From Alphaproteobacteria bacterium (GTDB lineage Bacteria > Pseudomonadota > Alphaproteobacteria > GCA-2731375), in the NCBI GenBank assembly GCA_965225945.1, contig CBDDBZ010000023.1, positions 1 to 64,000 of the forward strand: a stretch of DNA of 64,000 bases, read 5' to 3'. Every line of letters begins with the position of its first letter. Positions within the stretch are counted from its first letter, which is position 1. Made by a program: the position numbers and the translations under genes. The notes under the pieces are model-generated. The model ran no database searches and was not told where the DNA came from. It saw nothing but the letters and a program-made list of their open reading frames with translations. This document shows positions 53,255-61,714 of this stretch, in pieces.

Positions 53255-53388
53255 GCGAACACGAGCCTCGAAACGTCACGATGTCGCCGACGGGCCACGA
53301 CGAGGCATCCTCGCCAGCGAACCTGGCCCCTAATGTCGTCCCCGGCGTGCCCGGGGTCAAGGGCCGAGTTGGGCGGAGTCGAGGGGGC

Positions 53389-54644
53389 TCAGGGATTCAA
53401 GGTACCGACGAAGTGCCGGGCGCTTTTCAGCGCGCTGTCATGGCGCCAGCGGCGCAGCGCAAGGCGGGCGCCCTCGAGGCTCAAATCGTCATAGAAGTTG
53501 AGCAGACGCGCGACCGTGCCGTCATCCCTCGCGCCGGAGCCGTCGCGCCCGTGTGCGCGAAGCTTCAAGACCGCGGCGTAAGCGGCCCTATCGATATCCA
53601 GCGCCCGACAGACCATCGCCAGACCTTCCCCCCCCCCCCCGTCTCGTAGAGCATGCGGCGCAGCACTACCGGGCGAAGCTCGGCGAGTTTCGCCAGCGTC
53701 AGCTCGAACAACCTGATCCGGCCCTGCTGCAGGGCGCCGAAGGCGAAGGCAGGGGTGAGTTCGCCGGCGGCATGGAGTTTCTCGATCAACCGCTCGCTCG
53801 GATCTCTCCCCTCGCCACGGGCGGAATCGGCGGCGGCGACGTCGTGCATGGCATCGGCGATGGCATCGTCCAGGTCCGCCGAATCGATCTCGAAGTTGTG
53901 GACGATCTCGTGGCGAAGCGCCGCTGATACCCACGCCAGCATGCGCTCCGCCAGCTCGCGTGGCAGGTCCTCGCGACGCACCAGCGGCCCCTGATAGGCC
54001 TCGACGTCACGTGACTCCTCGGCGATCGCCGAGAAGGTCTCGGCTGAGATGTGCGCCGACCGATTGTTCAGCAGGGCCACCACGACGTCGCTATTGCCGG
54101 TCTTGGCCAACGCCCGGCAGACGTCCTCGCCGATGCCGTTGCGGATCGCCACGGCCATTTGATGGCGCCAGGTGTGATGGCGGACGAGTTCGATCAAGTC
54201 GGGGTCGCGCAGAACCGAACTGCGAACCAGAATATCGTGCGCCACCTCGCCGGCGTCGCGCGCCAGCATCATGATCAGATCGCGAGGTGCGTCGGGGCGT
54301 ACGGCCAATCGTTTCGCCAGTGCCGCGCGCACGCGAATTTCCACGTCCCGGCTGAGACGCCGCAGGATATCCAGCATCATCCGACGCTCGTTGGGATTGA
54401 GCACGTCGGCCTCGTTCCCAAACAGATCTCCGATCGCGCGATAGAGCTCCCGGCGGCCTTGCTCGGAGTTCTGTCGGGCCAGCATGATCAGACGACGCGC
54501 CTGTTCGTTGGCGCCGACGTCGGACCCGCCGAGCGCGGCGGGATCCCGCGAGATTGCATCGGCCATCCGAGCGCTCCTCGAGAATGTCCAATCCGCTGCC
54601 GGACCGCCGTCGTTCTCGGCGGCGTGATCCGGCCACTCCGACAT
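53389..54644 (-). pseudogene. DUF2336 protein frameshifted at a G13 tract
   Basis: VRAALA.RLA..PDAPRDL, S.VL.D.DLI, VSAALR; C13 at 53628-53640 switches frame before EGLAMVCRAL. Confidence 0.75.
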
Positions 54645-55026
54645 CTTCGCCGCCTTCGGTTAAAAGATTCTTGAAGCCGCTGTTCACCATTGATTCACAC
54701 AAATGCGCCCCTCGAAGCACGCCCCCGGGCTCACCGGATCGATCCCGGCGAATGTCGGGATCGCCGCAAGGTGCGGTCCCGGCGAAGGGAACCGTCGCGT
54801 CCGCGCCCTTCGGGGTCCCCTGGCGCCGCCTGCCCCGGCTCGCGCCGAGGGTCGTGGTTCCCTAGCCGCGGCCTTCACTCCAAGGTGGCGGGTCGTGAGG
54901 GGGAGCCTTCACGGGCCGTCCCCTATCCGACATGGGACGGGGCCGGGCCAGGAAGCCGGGCTGGACAGCTCCGAAGCCAGCCCGCATGTTGGCGAGCGAG
55001 GGAAGCCGGATGGGGAGGAACACGCG

Positions 55027-55320
55027 ATGAGCATGGTCGCGCTCGTGGTCACGCTGGACGTAAAACCGGAGCATTACGAAAAATTCCTCGAGGAAATGGC
55101 GGCGCATGCCGGGCGCAGCCTGTCGAAGGAAGATGGCTGCGTACGCTTCGACATCTTGCTGCCGAAGGACGGAGGGACGCGGGTCATGCTCTATGAGCTC
55201 TATACCGACCAGGCGGCCCTCGACCTGCACGCGGCCTCCGATCATATCGCCTACTTCCGTGATCTCTCCAGCGACATGGTGGCGAATCGCGAGATCGTCT
55301 ACACGACGCTCCGCGACTGA
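55027..55320 (+). CDS. Antibiotic biosynthesis monooxygenase (ABM/LsrG-like) protein
   Basis: VKPE, EDGC.RFD, LYELY.D..A...H..S.H; GGAGG RBS. Confidence 0.85.
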   Translation: MSMVALVVTLDVKPEHYEKFLEEMAAHAGRSLSKEDGCVRFDILLPKDGGTRVMLYELYTDQAALDLHAASDHIAYFRDLSSDMVANREIVYTTLRD

Positions 55321-55679
55321 CCCAACGTCGCCTCGGCCGGAATCGCGCGCGATGGCACCGATCGGCTATCCGACCCGGATCGAATTCGCTTTCGGCGCCG
55401 CCGAGGGCGGCGCCGAAAGCCCGGCTGGGAACGCCGTTGAGCCTCGCCGAGATGGGTGTCGGGGCGGCGACGATCGAGCCGCCGATCCCACATGCCGTCG
55501 CCGGCCACACGAGGGCGACCAACCCCCGCCCCTTGGATGGCGGGGTGTACCCGCGGCTCTTCGCCGAGGCGCTCGGCTGAAACCGGTGGATCGCTTTGAG
55601 TTACACTCGAGAGTGGTCAAATCGCTTCGGGCGGACTACCTTGCCCCACTCGGGCGAGAGAAATATCGGAAGATCGACG

Positions 55680-56046
55680 ATGGCAAAAATTCTCGTCATC
55701 GAGGACGAGGCGGACTTGAGGGCCATGCTACGGGTTCTCCTCGAGAAGGAGGGCCATAAGGTCGACGAGGCGGCGAACGGCCTTGTCGGTCTCAAGGCGC
55801 TCGAGGGCGAGACGGTCTACGATCTCGTCGTCACCGACGTCCTGATGCCGGAGGAAGACGGCATCGCGGTCATCAAACAGTTGCACACCCTGCAACCGAC
55901 GGCGCGAAGCCTCGCTGCCGGCGAATTGGTCGCTCAAGATCATGCAGATGTTCGGGGTCGACGCGACCCTGCACAAACCCTTCGATCACGACGAGCTGAT
56001 GCGGATCGTCGACGACCTCCTGGCCAGTCCCAAGCAGGCTGAATAG
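55680..56046 (+). pseudogene. Single-domain response regulator with internal deletion/frameshift near 55905-55915
   Basis: ILVIED..., TDVLMP..DG; beta4 segment absent; LHKPF...* in another frame. Confidence 0.8.
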
Positions 56047-56217
56047 CGGAGCATTGCCGGTCGCCCGGGCGCGGCTGACCCGTCCAGCAATAGTGACGTC
56101 CCGTCCCAAGCCGCCCCGGGGCCGCAATTTCGCCGTTTCGAGAATGTGGAAAATTACACGTGAAGCGAAGCGAGGGACTGTTGCCGGGGACCGATGACCG
56201 AAACGAGCCTTTATCTA

Positions 56218-57242
56218 GGCTCAATTCGTGAATTGTATGCGTCACCTTGTTACGGCGGCGGCGAGGCAGGCTCGGTCATTGGCGCCGGGGGTGAGGCCGA
56301 CGAGGTGGAACCAGCTCAGGTAGTTGTCCAGATAGCGGGTGGCGATGCCGCGGCGGGGACGCAGGAAGTCCTTCAACCGGCTGTGGCGGCTGTTCACCGT
56401 CTGCACATGCAGATCGCCCCGAACCCGTTCCCCCATCGAGCGGTTGAGTGCTTCGTGGCTCACCCCGAGCGCGGCGGCGCACGGTGGGTAGCTCGCGCCG
56501 CCGTCGGAGACCAGCAGGGCGTCCTTCGCGACCACCGGGTCGAGGGCAGCCGTGAGCGCCGCCGCATCGACCCTGGGCAGCACCGCGCTGACCGTCGTTC
56601 CGCTCCGGTCCGCCGCCATGAGAACCGGTACCTGCTCGCGCGAGAGGCCGCGCTTCTTCGCCTTGCCGCCCCGCCGCCGTGCCTTGCGCCCCAGCCCGCG
56701 CGCGCCCTTCCGGCTCTCCAGGACGTAGGTCTCGTCCGCTTCCACGATCCCCTTGAGCACCTCCGAATCGCTCCGCGCCGCCGCCAGAAACCGGTGACGC
56801 CAGCGGAACGCCGTGCTCACCGCCACGTCGCAGCGCGCCGCCGAGGCCTTCACCGTCTCCCCCTTCGCCAGCGACGCCCCGAACGACAGCCAGCGTTCCT
56901 TGTGGTGCAAGCCCGACAGCGGCGTACCGCTCAGCGCGTTGAAGGTCCTGCCGCAGCCCTTGCACTGGTAGCGCCGCAGACCCCGCGCCATACCGCGCGA
57001 AACCGCCCCTTCGCTCGCGCAGTGCGGACAGCGCCGGGCCTCGTCCACACCAAGCTCGATCGCGGCCTTCGATGCCTCGCCCTCGCTCCGGCCCGACAGC
57101 ACCGCGAGCGCCTCGCGCCGCTGCGCGCGCGTCAGCCCGCGCGCCGCCGAAAGCCACACCTGGAAACCCTTGCCGTCCATAACCCAACCTCCTGACGTTG
57201 CAGGCACTCTATCACTAATGCATACAATTCACGAATTGAGCC
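56218..57242 (-). mobile_element. IS1595-family insertion sequence, copy 2 (1025 bp, complete)
   Basis: Perfect 23-bp TIRs; 8-bp TSD TTTATCTA at 56210-56217 and 57243-57250. Confidence 0.97.
56242..57180 (-). CDS. IS1595-family transposase
   Basis: Near-identical to 31546-32484 (one A/T residue difference near the C-terminus). Confidence 0.95.
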   Translation of the reverse strand: MDGKGFQVWLSAARGLTRAQRREALAVLSGRSEGEASKAAIELGVDEARRCPHCASEGAVSRGMARGLRRYQCKGCGRTFNALSGTPLSGLHHKERWLSFGASLAKGETVKASAARCDVAVSTAFRWRHRFLAAARSDSEVLKGIVEADETYVLESRKGARGLGRKARRRGGKAKKRGLSREQVPVLMAADRSGTTVSAVLPRVDAAALTAALDPVVAKDALLVSDGGASYPPCAAALGVSHEALNRSMGERVRGDLHVQTVNSRHSRLKDFLRPRRGIATRYLDNYLSWFHLVGLTPGANDRACLAAAVTR

Positions 57243-58298
57243 TTTATCTAATCCGTCACGGCCACACGATGTGGAACGGGCCGCCGGTCCGCATGCAGGG
57301 CAATCGGGGGGATTCGCACCTCTCGGCGCGCGGCCACGAGGAGGCTCGCGCGCTCGGCCACCGGATGCAGCACGTCGACCGGATCGTCTCCAGCCCCCTC
57401 GCCCGCTGCCTGGAGACGGTCGATTGCCTGTTCGCCCGAGCGCCCGACGCGACCGAGCCGCGCCTTGCGGAAATCGACGTCGGCGGCTTTACCGGCCGTT
57501 ACGCCGAGGAGATCGCGCGAACCGACCCCGAAGGCTGGCGGATCTGGCGGGAATTGCCGCCGGACGGCCGGATCGGCGGTGATGGGGAGACCATCGTCGA
57601 ACTCCAGACCCGCGTCGTCGCCGGCGTGACGGCGGTGCTGGACGGCGTGGACGCGGGCGAACGGGTGCTGATCGCGACCCACGGCGGCTGCCTCAGGGTG
57701 CTCGACGCCCACGTTCGAGGCTGCGCCGTCGCCCCCTTCTCGACGCGTAGCATCGCCAACCTGACGCTCTTCCGCCTGACCCGCCGGGCCGACGGCGCCA
57801 TGATCATGGACGCCGTGGTGCCGGAAGAGGCCGGCTGATTTCGCTGGCCCGCCTTGCTTCCGGTTCCGCACCTATCGCGCGGGTGCAAAATCGCCGCCGG
57901 GCGCACTAAACCCGGATTTCGGCGAACCGGCGCGGCATTCGAGCCCCGCGACATGACAAGGTGACGCCCGATCCGGGCCCTTCGCGGGCGAAAACGACGA
58001 GTCGCCGGCAGTATATCTTAAATTCGGAATATGAAGATATCGATCAAAGCATTGGAATGAATTGGCTTTCTTGAGCCGCGTGCGGCCGGTGGGATTTCGT
58101 TCTGCAAATTTCTTCGATTTTTCTATTTTATATCCAATATACCGTATTTGCAGTACTATTAATAAATGATCGATTCTCTCACCCCCGAGATGCGCGCAAT
58201 ATGGGTCAGTGGAAATGGCTGCCCCTTGACCGCTATGCAAAATGCAAGACCTGACCCCCCGCGGTGAGCATTCACCTCTTGCGATATTGATTCTTATA

Positions 58299-59436
58299 TA
58301 CTCGCCTCACCCCAGAGCCCGAAAATCCTTGTGCGAGATGATTCGGAAATTGTCGGTGATGGTGTCGCGCCACGTCGTCCACTCTCGTGGCAGTCGTCGG
58401 CGGAAGAAATCGTCGATGGCTTCGGTGAAGAGGGCGAAGCTGGCGTAGAAGCTGTTGTGGGTCACCTCGCGATGCATGACGCCCCATAATCGCTCGATGG
58501 CGTTGAGGTGGGGAGCGTAGGACGGTTGGAAGATGAGCTTGATGCGGCAACCCGGTCTCTCCAGCCATTGTCGGACCAGGCGGGCGTGGTGATAGCGGGC
58601 ATTGTCGGCGAAGACATAGATCCGCGACTTGCCGGGATTGGTGGCCTCCAGCATCTCGAACAGCGCGATCGTCGAGGCGGCGTTGATCCTCTCGGCCTGG
58701 ACCAAGGGGCAGTGGAAGTTTTCCAGGTTGAGCGCGCCGTGGAGATTGATGCGCTGGCGCCCCGAGGTCCGGCGTAACGCCACTTTGTCGCCCTTCTTGA
58801 CCCAGCCATGGACTGGGCGGGACTGGAATTCCGGGTGCACCGCATCGGCGAAGTAGACCACCTCGTCGGCGGCCAAGCCGTTGAGCAACTTATCATAGGC
58901 CTCGATAAAGGCGGCCTGCTCGGCCTCATCGGCCTGAGCCGGCAGGCTTTTCGGGCGCTTGTATTCGAAGCCCAGGCGATGCATCACCTTGATGCAGCCC
59001 GAATGGCTGTAGATCACTCCGTAGGTCGCCTTGATATGGGCCGCCACCTCGCCGGTATCGCGGTAAAGCCGTTGGCTCAGATGGGCCGAAAGCTCCGCCT
59101 CTTGCTCCCGGCTCAGATGGCCCGACCGGCCATGCCAGTCGAACAGCGTCATTTCATCCAGGCCGCCCGCACGGTAGCGCTTCAGCCACGTCCGCACCGT
59201 GTCGTCGTCGAGGTAGAGCCCCTTCGCCACCTCGACGCAGCTCGAGCCGTCATCCAAGAGCAGAACGGCGTTCGCGCGGCGCGCCACCCCGTGGGTCTCG
59301 CTCGGATGCCCCATCACCGCCTCCAGGGCCGCGCGTTCCTCGATGCTCAGAAATCCACCGCGAATCATGACCGCGAGAAGAATCGATCCGCAGCCGGATT
59401 GCCAGAACTTTTTCGGGTCTGCGGGGAGTCGGAGTA
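58299..59436 (-). mobile_element. IS630-family insertion sequence
   Basis: TA|TACTC...GAGTA|TA ends with imperfect subterminal IR (CCCGAAAA); TA target duplication. Confidence 0.85.
58307..59368 (-). CDS. IS630-family transposase
   Basis: RANAVLLLDDG HTH, FADAVHP, DNARYH, PSYAPHLNAIERLW. Confidence 0.95.
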   Translation of the reverse strand: MIRGGFLSIEERAALEAVMGHPSETHGVARRANAVLLLDDGSSCVEVAKGLYLDDDTVRTWLKRYRAGGLDEMTLFDWHGRSGHLSREQEAELSAHLSQRLYRDTGEVAAHIKATYGVIYSHSGCIKVMHRLGFEYKRPKSLPAQADEAEQAAFIEAYDKLLNGLAADEVVYFADAVHPEFQSRPVHGWVKKGDKVALRRTSGRQRINLHGALNLENFHCPLVQAERINAASTIALFEMLEATNPGKSRIYVFADNARYHHARLVRQWLERPGCRIKLIFQPSYAPHLNAIERLWGVMHREVTHNSFYASFALFTEAIDDFFRRRLPREWTTWRDTITDNFRIISHKDFRALG

Positions 59437-59536
59437 TACATGAATCGACACTAAAGATCAGCAAAATTGCGGACCATCTGGGCAATGCGGGCTAAACTGT
59501 CGCCTCCCGTCGAGCCAAATTCGGAGCGCCTCGCCG

Positions 59537-60676
59537 ATGAAAATCGATGACCTCACGGCCTATGCCGTCTCCTTCCCGATCCCGGCCGACAAGGCCGTCA
59601 CCCTCGGCATCGGCCGCGCCGTCAAGCGCGACGCCGTGCTGATCAAGGTGGCGACGGCGGGCGGCCTGGTCGGCTGGGGCGAGGCGCATGCCGGTCGCGC
59701 GCCGGGCGCCGTCGCCCAGCTCGCCAACACCACGCTTCGGAGCCTGATCCTCGGCATGGAGGCGAGCGACGTGGTCGGCGTCTGGGACCGGATCTACAAG
59801 ATGCAGCTCGCCAGCCACGGCATGGGGGCGGCCGCCGCGATCGCCCTGAGCGGGATCGACATGGCGCTCTGGGACATTCGCGCCAAGGCGGTCGGCTGGC
59901 CGCTCTATCGGCTGCTCGGCGGCCGGGCCAAACCGATTCCCGCCTATGCCGGCGGCGTCTCCCTCGGCTACCAGCCGCCGGAGGAGCTGGTGGCGGAGGC
60001 GAGCCAAGCGATCGAGGCGGGCTACCGGGCGCTCAAACTCCGCCTCGGCGACAGCGCCGCCGCCGACATCGCGCGGGTCCAGGCGGTGCGCGCCGCCTTG
60101 GGCGACGAGATCGACATCTTGAGCGACGCCAACGCGGCCTATTCGCTGGCCGACGCGCGCCGGGTGATGCCGGCCCTCGACGAGGCCGGCGTCGGCTGGT
60201 TGGAGGAGCCGTTCCCGCCGCACGACCATCGCCGCTACCGCGAGGCGCGGAGCTTCGGCATAACCCCCCTCGCCGCCGGCGAGAACCACTACACCCGCTT
60301 CGAATTTCACCGCCTGATCGAGGACGGCGTGGTCACCATCGTGCAGCCGGATCTCTCCAAGACCGGCGGCGTCACCGAGGCCCAGCGCATCGCCGCCCTG
60401 GCCTCGGCCTGGAAGCTCTCGATCAATCCGCACACCTCGCTCACCGGGCTCAACGTCGCCGCCAGCCTTCACCTGCTCGCCAGCATCGACAACGCGGGCT
60501 ATTTCGAGGCCGACATCTCCCGCCACAACCCCTTCCGCGACGAATTGTGCGACTGGCGGGCCGAGGTCGACGAGGCGGGCAAGGTGCATCCGCCCGAGGG
60601 AGCGGGCCTCGGCGTCGAAATCGACGAGGCCGCGCTCGAGGCCTTCCCGCTGATCGACGGGCCCGGCTACGTCTGA
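59537..60676 (+). CDS. Mandelate racemase/muconate lactonizing enzyme family protein
   Basis: GWGE, DMALWD..AK, KLR, DAN, WLEEP, GEN, QPD, PH. Confidence 0.92.
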   Translation: MKIDDLTAYAVSFPIPADKAVTLGIGRAVKRDAVLIKVATAGGLVGWGEAHAGRAPGAVAQLANTTLRSLILGMEASDVVGVWDRIYKMQLASHGMGAAAAIALSGIDMALWDIRAKAVGWPLYRLLGGRAKPIPAYAGGVSLGYQPPEELVAEASQAIEAGYRALKLRLGDSAAADIARVQAVRAALGDEIDILSDANAAYSLADARRVMPALDEAGVGWLEEPFPPHDHRRYREARSFGITPLAAGENHYTRFEFHRLIEDGVVTIVQPDLSKTGGVTEAQRIAALASAWKLSINPHTSLTGLNVAASLHLLASIDNAGYFEADISRHNPFRDELCDWRAEVDEAGKVHPPEGAGLGVEIDEAALEAFPLIDGPGYV

Positions 60677-60953
60677 GCCGGCCCCGGCCACGAGGCGAGG
60701 CCACTCCGGATCTCCCTCGCATCGACGAGGCGGTATCGACCACCGCTAGCCCGGTTCACTTCACCGCCCGACGTCCAACCGCCGGACAGCGATACGGTGC
60801 ACGAGGCGACACCCTCGGTCCACCCGGCCGCCGCCGTGGAGCACGGCCCGTCGCCCCTCGCCATGGCCTTCACGGCCGTGCTGTCCACCCCGTTCCCCGA
60901 CGACGAGTGACATTTCGGTGAACGAAAGGCTAGGCGCGCCCAGGAGAACCCCC

Positions 60954-61587
60954 ATGTCCGAGATCGAATACTTCTATTCCGCCCATTCGGCCTATGCCTA
61001 TCTGGGCTCCGCCCGCTTCATGGAGATCGCCCGGGCGGCGGGGCGCGGAATCGCCCACAAGCCCGTCGATCTCCGCCGCGTGGTGGCGCACGCCGGCGCC
61101 ATACCCTTCGGCGAGCGTACCAAGGCGCATAGGGCCTACTATTTCTCGCGCGAGATCGAGCGCTGGGCCGAGTATCGCTCGGCGCCGGCCGGTCCTTGGG
61201 CGCCGGCCGACCCACCACGACAGCGACACGACGCTCTCGAACACCATGCTGATCGCCGGCGTCGTCGGGGGGGGGGTCGAGGTCGATCGGCTAGCGCACG
61301 CGATGCTGGAATCGCACTGGCGCGACGATTCCGATCTCGGAGACCGCGACACCCTGGCGGCGCTGGCCCGCGGCGTCGATATCGATCCCGAGCCGCTGTT
61401 CGAGGCGGCGGCCGGGGCCGAGGTCCAAGCCCTATACGAGGCCAACACCGAAGAGGCGATCCGCCGCTCGGTCTTTGGCTCGCCCTGCTACTTCGTCGAC
61501 GGCGACATGTTCTACGGCCAGGACCGCCTCGAGATGGTGGCCCGTGCGCTGCAACGAGCCTTCGCCGGGAGCTGGCCGAAGAGCTGA
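60954..61587 (+). pseudogene. 2-hydroxychromene-2-carboxylate isomerase/DsbA family protein, frameshifted by a 4-bp duplication
   Basis: YFYS.HS.YAY, VFGSP.Y.VDG..F.GQDRL; GCCG duplicated at 61184-61191. Confidence 0.85.
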
Positions 61588-61714
61588 GCCGAGGCGTCGA
61601 TTCCGACCGGGAAGGCCGCCGCCATCGTCCTCCTCGTCGCCGCAAGAGACTGAGGCCACGAAGCTTTTCGCGGCCGCGCCCGATCGCCGTCGGGCGTGCT
61701 ATACAGCCTTCGAT

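Larger units (their letters stand above)
56194..57838 (+). pseudogene. Histidine phosphatase (PGM) family protein interrupted by IS1595
   Basis: MTETSLYL | IS | IRHGHT..N, SSPL.R, LAEID.G, THGG. Confidence 0.92.

Noticed and set aside
31484-57242. Composite transposon bounded by the two IS1595 copies
   Set aside because: Each copy has its own matched TSD within its own target gene, and the interval holds housekeeping genes
61267-61276. G10 tract as the cause of the isomerase frameshift
   Set aside because: The tract is in frame with the C-terminus; the shift occurs earlier at the GCCG duplication
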